From Vitrella brassicaformis CCMP3155 (taxonomy: Eukaryota; Protista; Chromerida): a DNA stretch of 64,000 bases. Location: the NCBI GenBank assembly GCA_001179505.1, contig CDMY01000223.1:62001-126000 (forward strand), given 5' to 3'. Shown in pieces: positions 63,874-64,000 of this stretch. Within the stretch, counting starts at the first letter, position 1. Every line of letters begins with the position of its first letter. Below the pieces are notes generated by a model. That model made no database searches. It saw only the letters and a program-made list of their open reading frames with translations, and was not told the DNA's origin. A program made the position numbers and the translations under genes.

Positions 63874-63971
63874 CGGGGCAACCCGGCATTCTCACATAGT
63901 GCGGGGCAACCCGATATCCTCACATAGCAAGGGGCAACCCGGTATCCTCACACATCACGCGGGGCAACCCG
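63874..63971. repeat. Tandem array of four 28-30 bp units, each with core (c)ggggcaacccg
   Basis: Cores start at 63874, 63902, 63930 and 63960; spacers resemble (g/a)tatcctcacatag. Confidence 0.9.
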
Positions 63972-64000
63972 GCAATTATACTGAGACACGATGCGACGGA

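Noticed and set aside
63874-63971. CRISPR-like array
   Set aside because: Eukaryotic context, 12-bp core, spacers of 16-18 bp that resemble each other, no cas genes. Kept as a tandem repeat.

Overview
Gene-dense, intron-rich, GC-rich eukaryotic DNA. Introns are short and full of (CA)n/(TG)n, CAGA, GATG and GGCA microsatellites. The style, bipartite plastid-targeting leaders and flagellar genes suggest a chromerid alveolate such as Vitrella brassicaformis (inference, not verified). I spliced about 22 protein-coding genes by eye: STPG/SHIPPO-repeat protein, VIR3-like M41-type zinc peptidase, membrane-tethered bZIP, NPRL3, a head-to-head pair of paralogous EF-hand/TM proteins, bacterial-type glycerol dehydrogenase, an SDR, kinesin-3 with a CaaX tail, a secreted 27-residue-repeat protein, RSPH10B, JMJD4, a degenerate pseudo-kinesin, a clostripain-family protease, an AP2-like protein, YL1/VPS72, MsrA, a Cys-less pentameric ligand-gated channel, a 2OG-Fe(II) oxygenase and several unknowns. 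Eighteen genes sit in nine head-to-head pairs, some only about 50-60 bp apart. Best novelty candidates: the divergent EF-hand/TM/RRxL paralog pair with a conserved C-terminal peptide, a bZIP with SREBP-like hairpin topology and an S1P-type site, the 27-mer amphipathic repeat protein, the pseudo-kinesin, and complementary AC...UG repeats bracketing introns. No rRNA, tRNA, CRISPR array or intact mobile element was recognised. There are two 300-N gaps. Gene coordinates are spans including introns; exon joins are manual and some start codons are uncertain.
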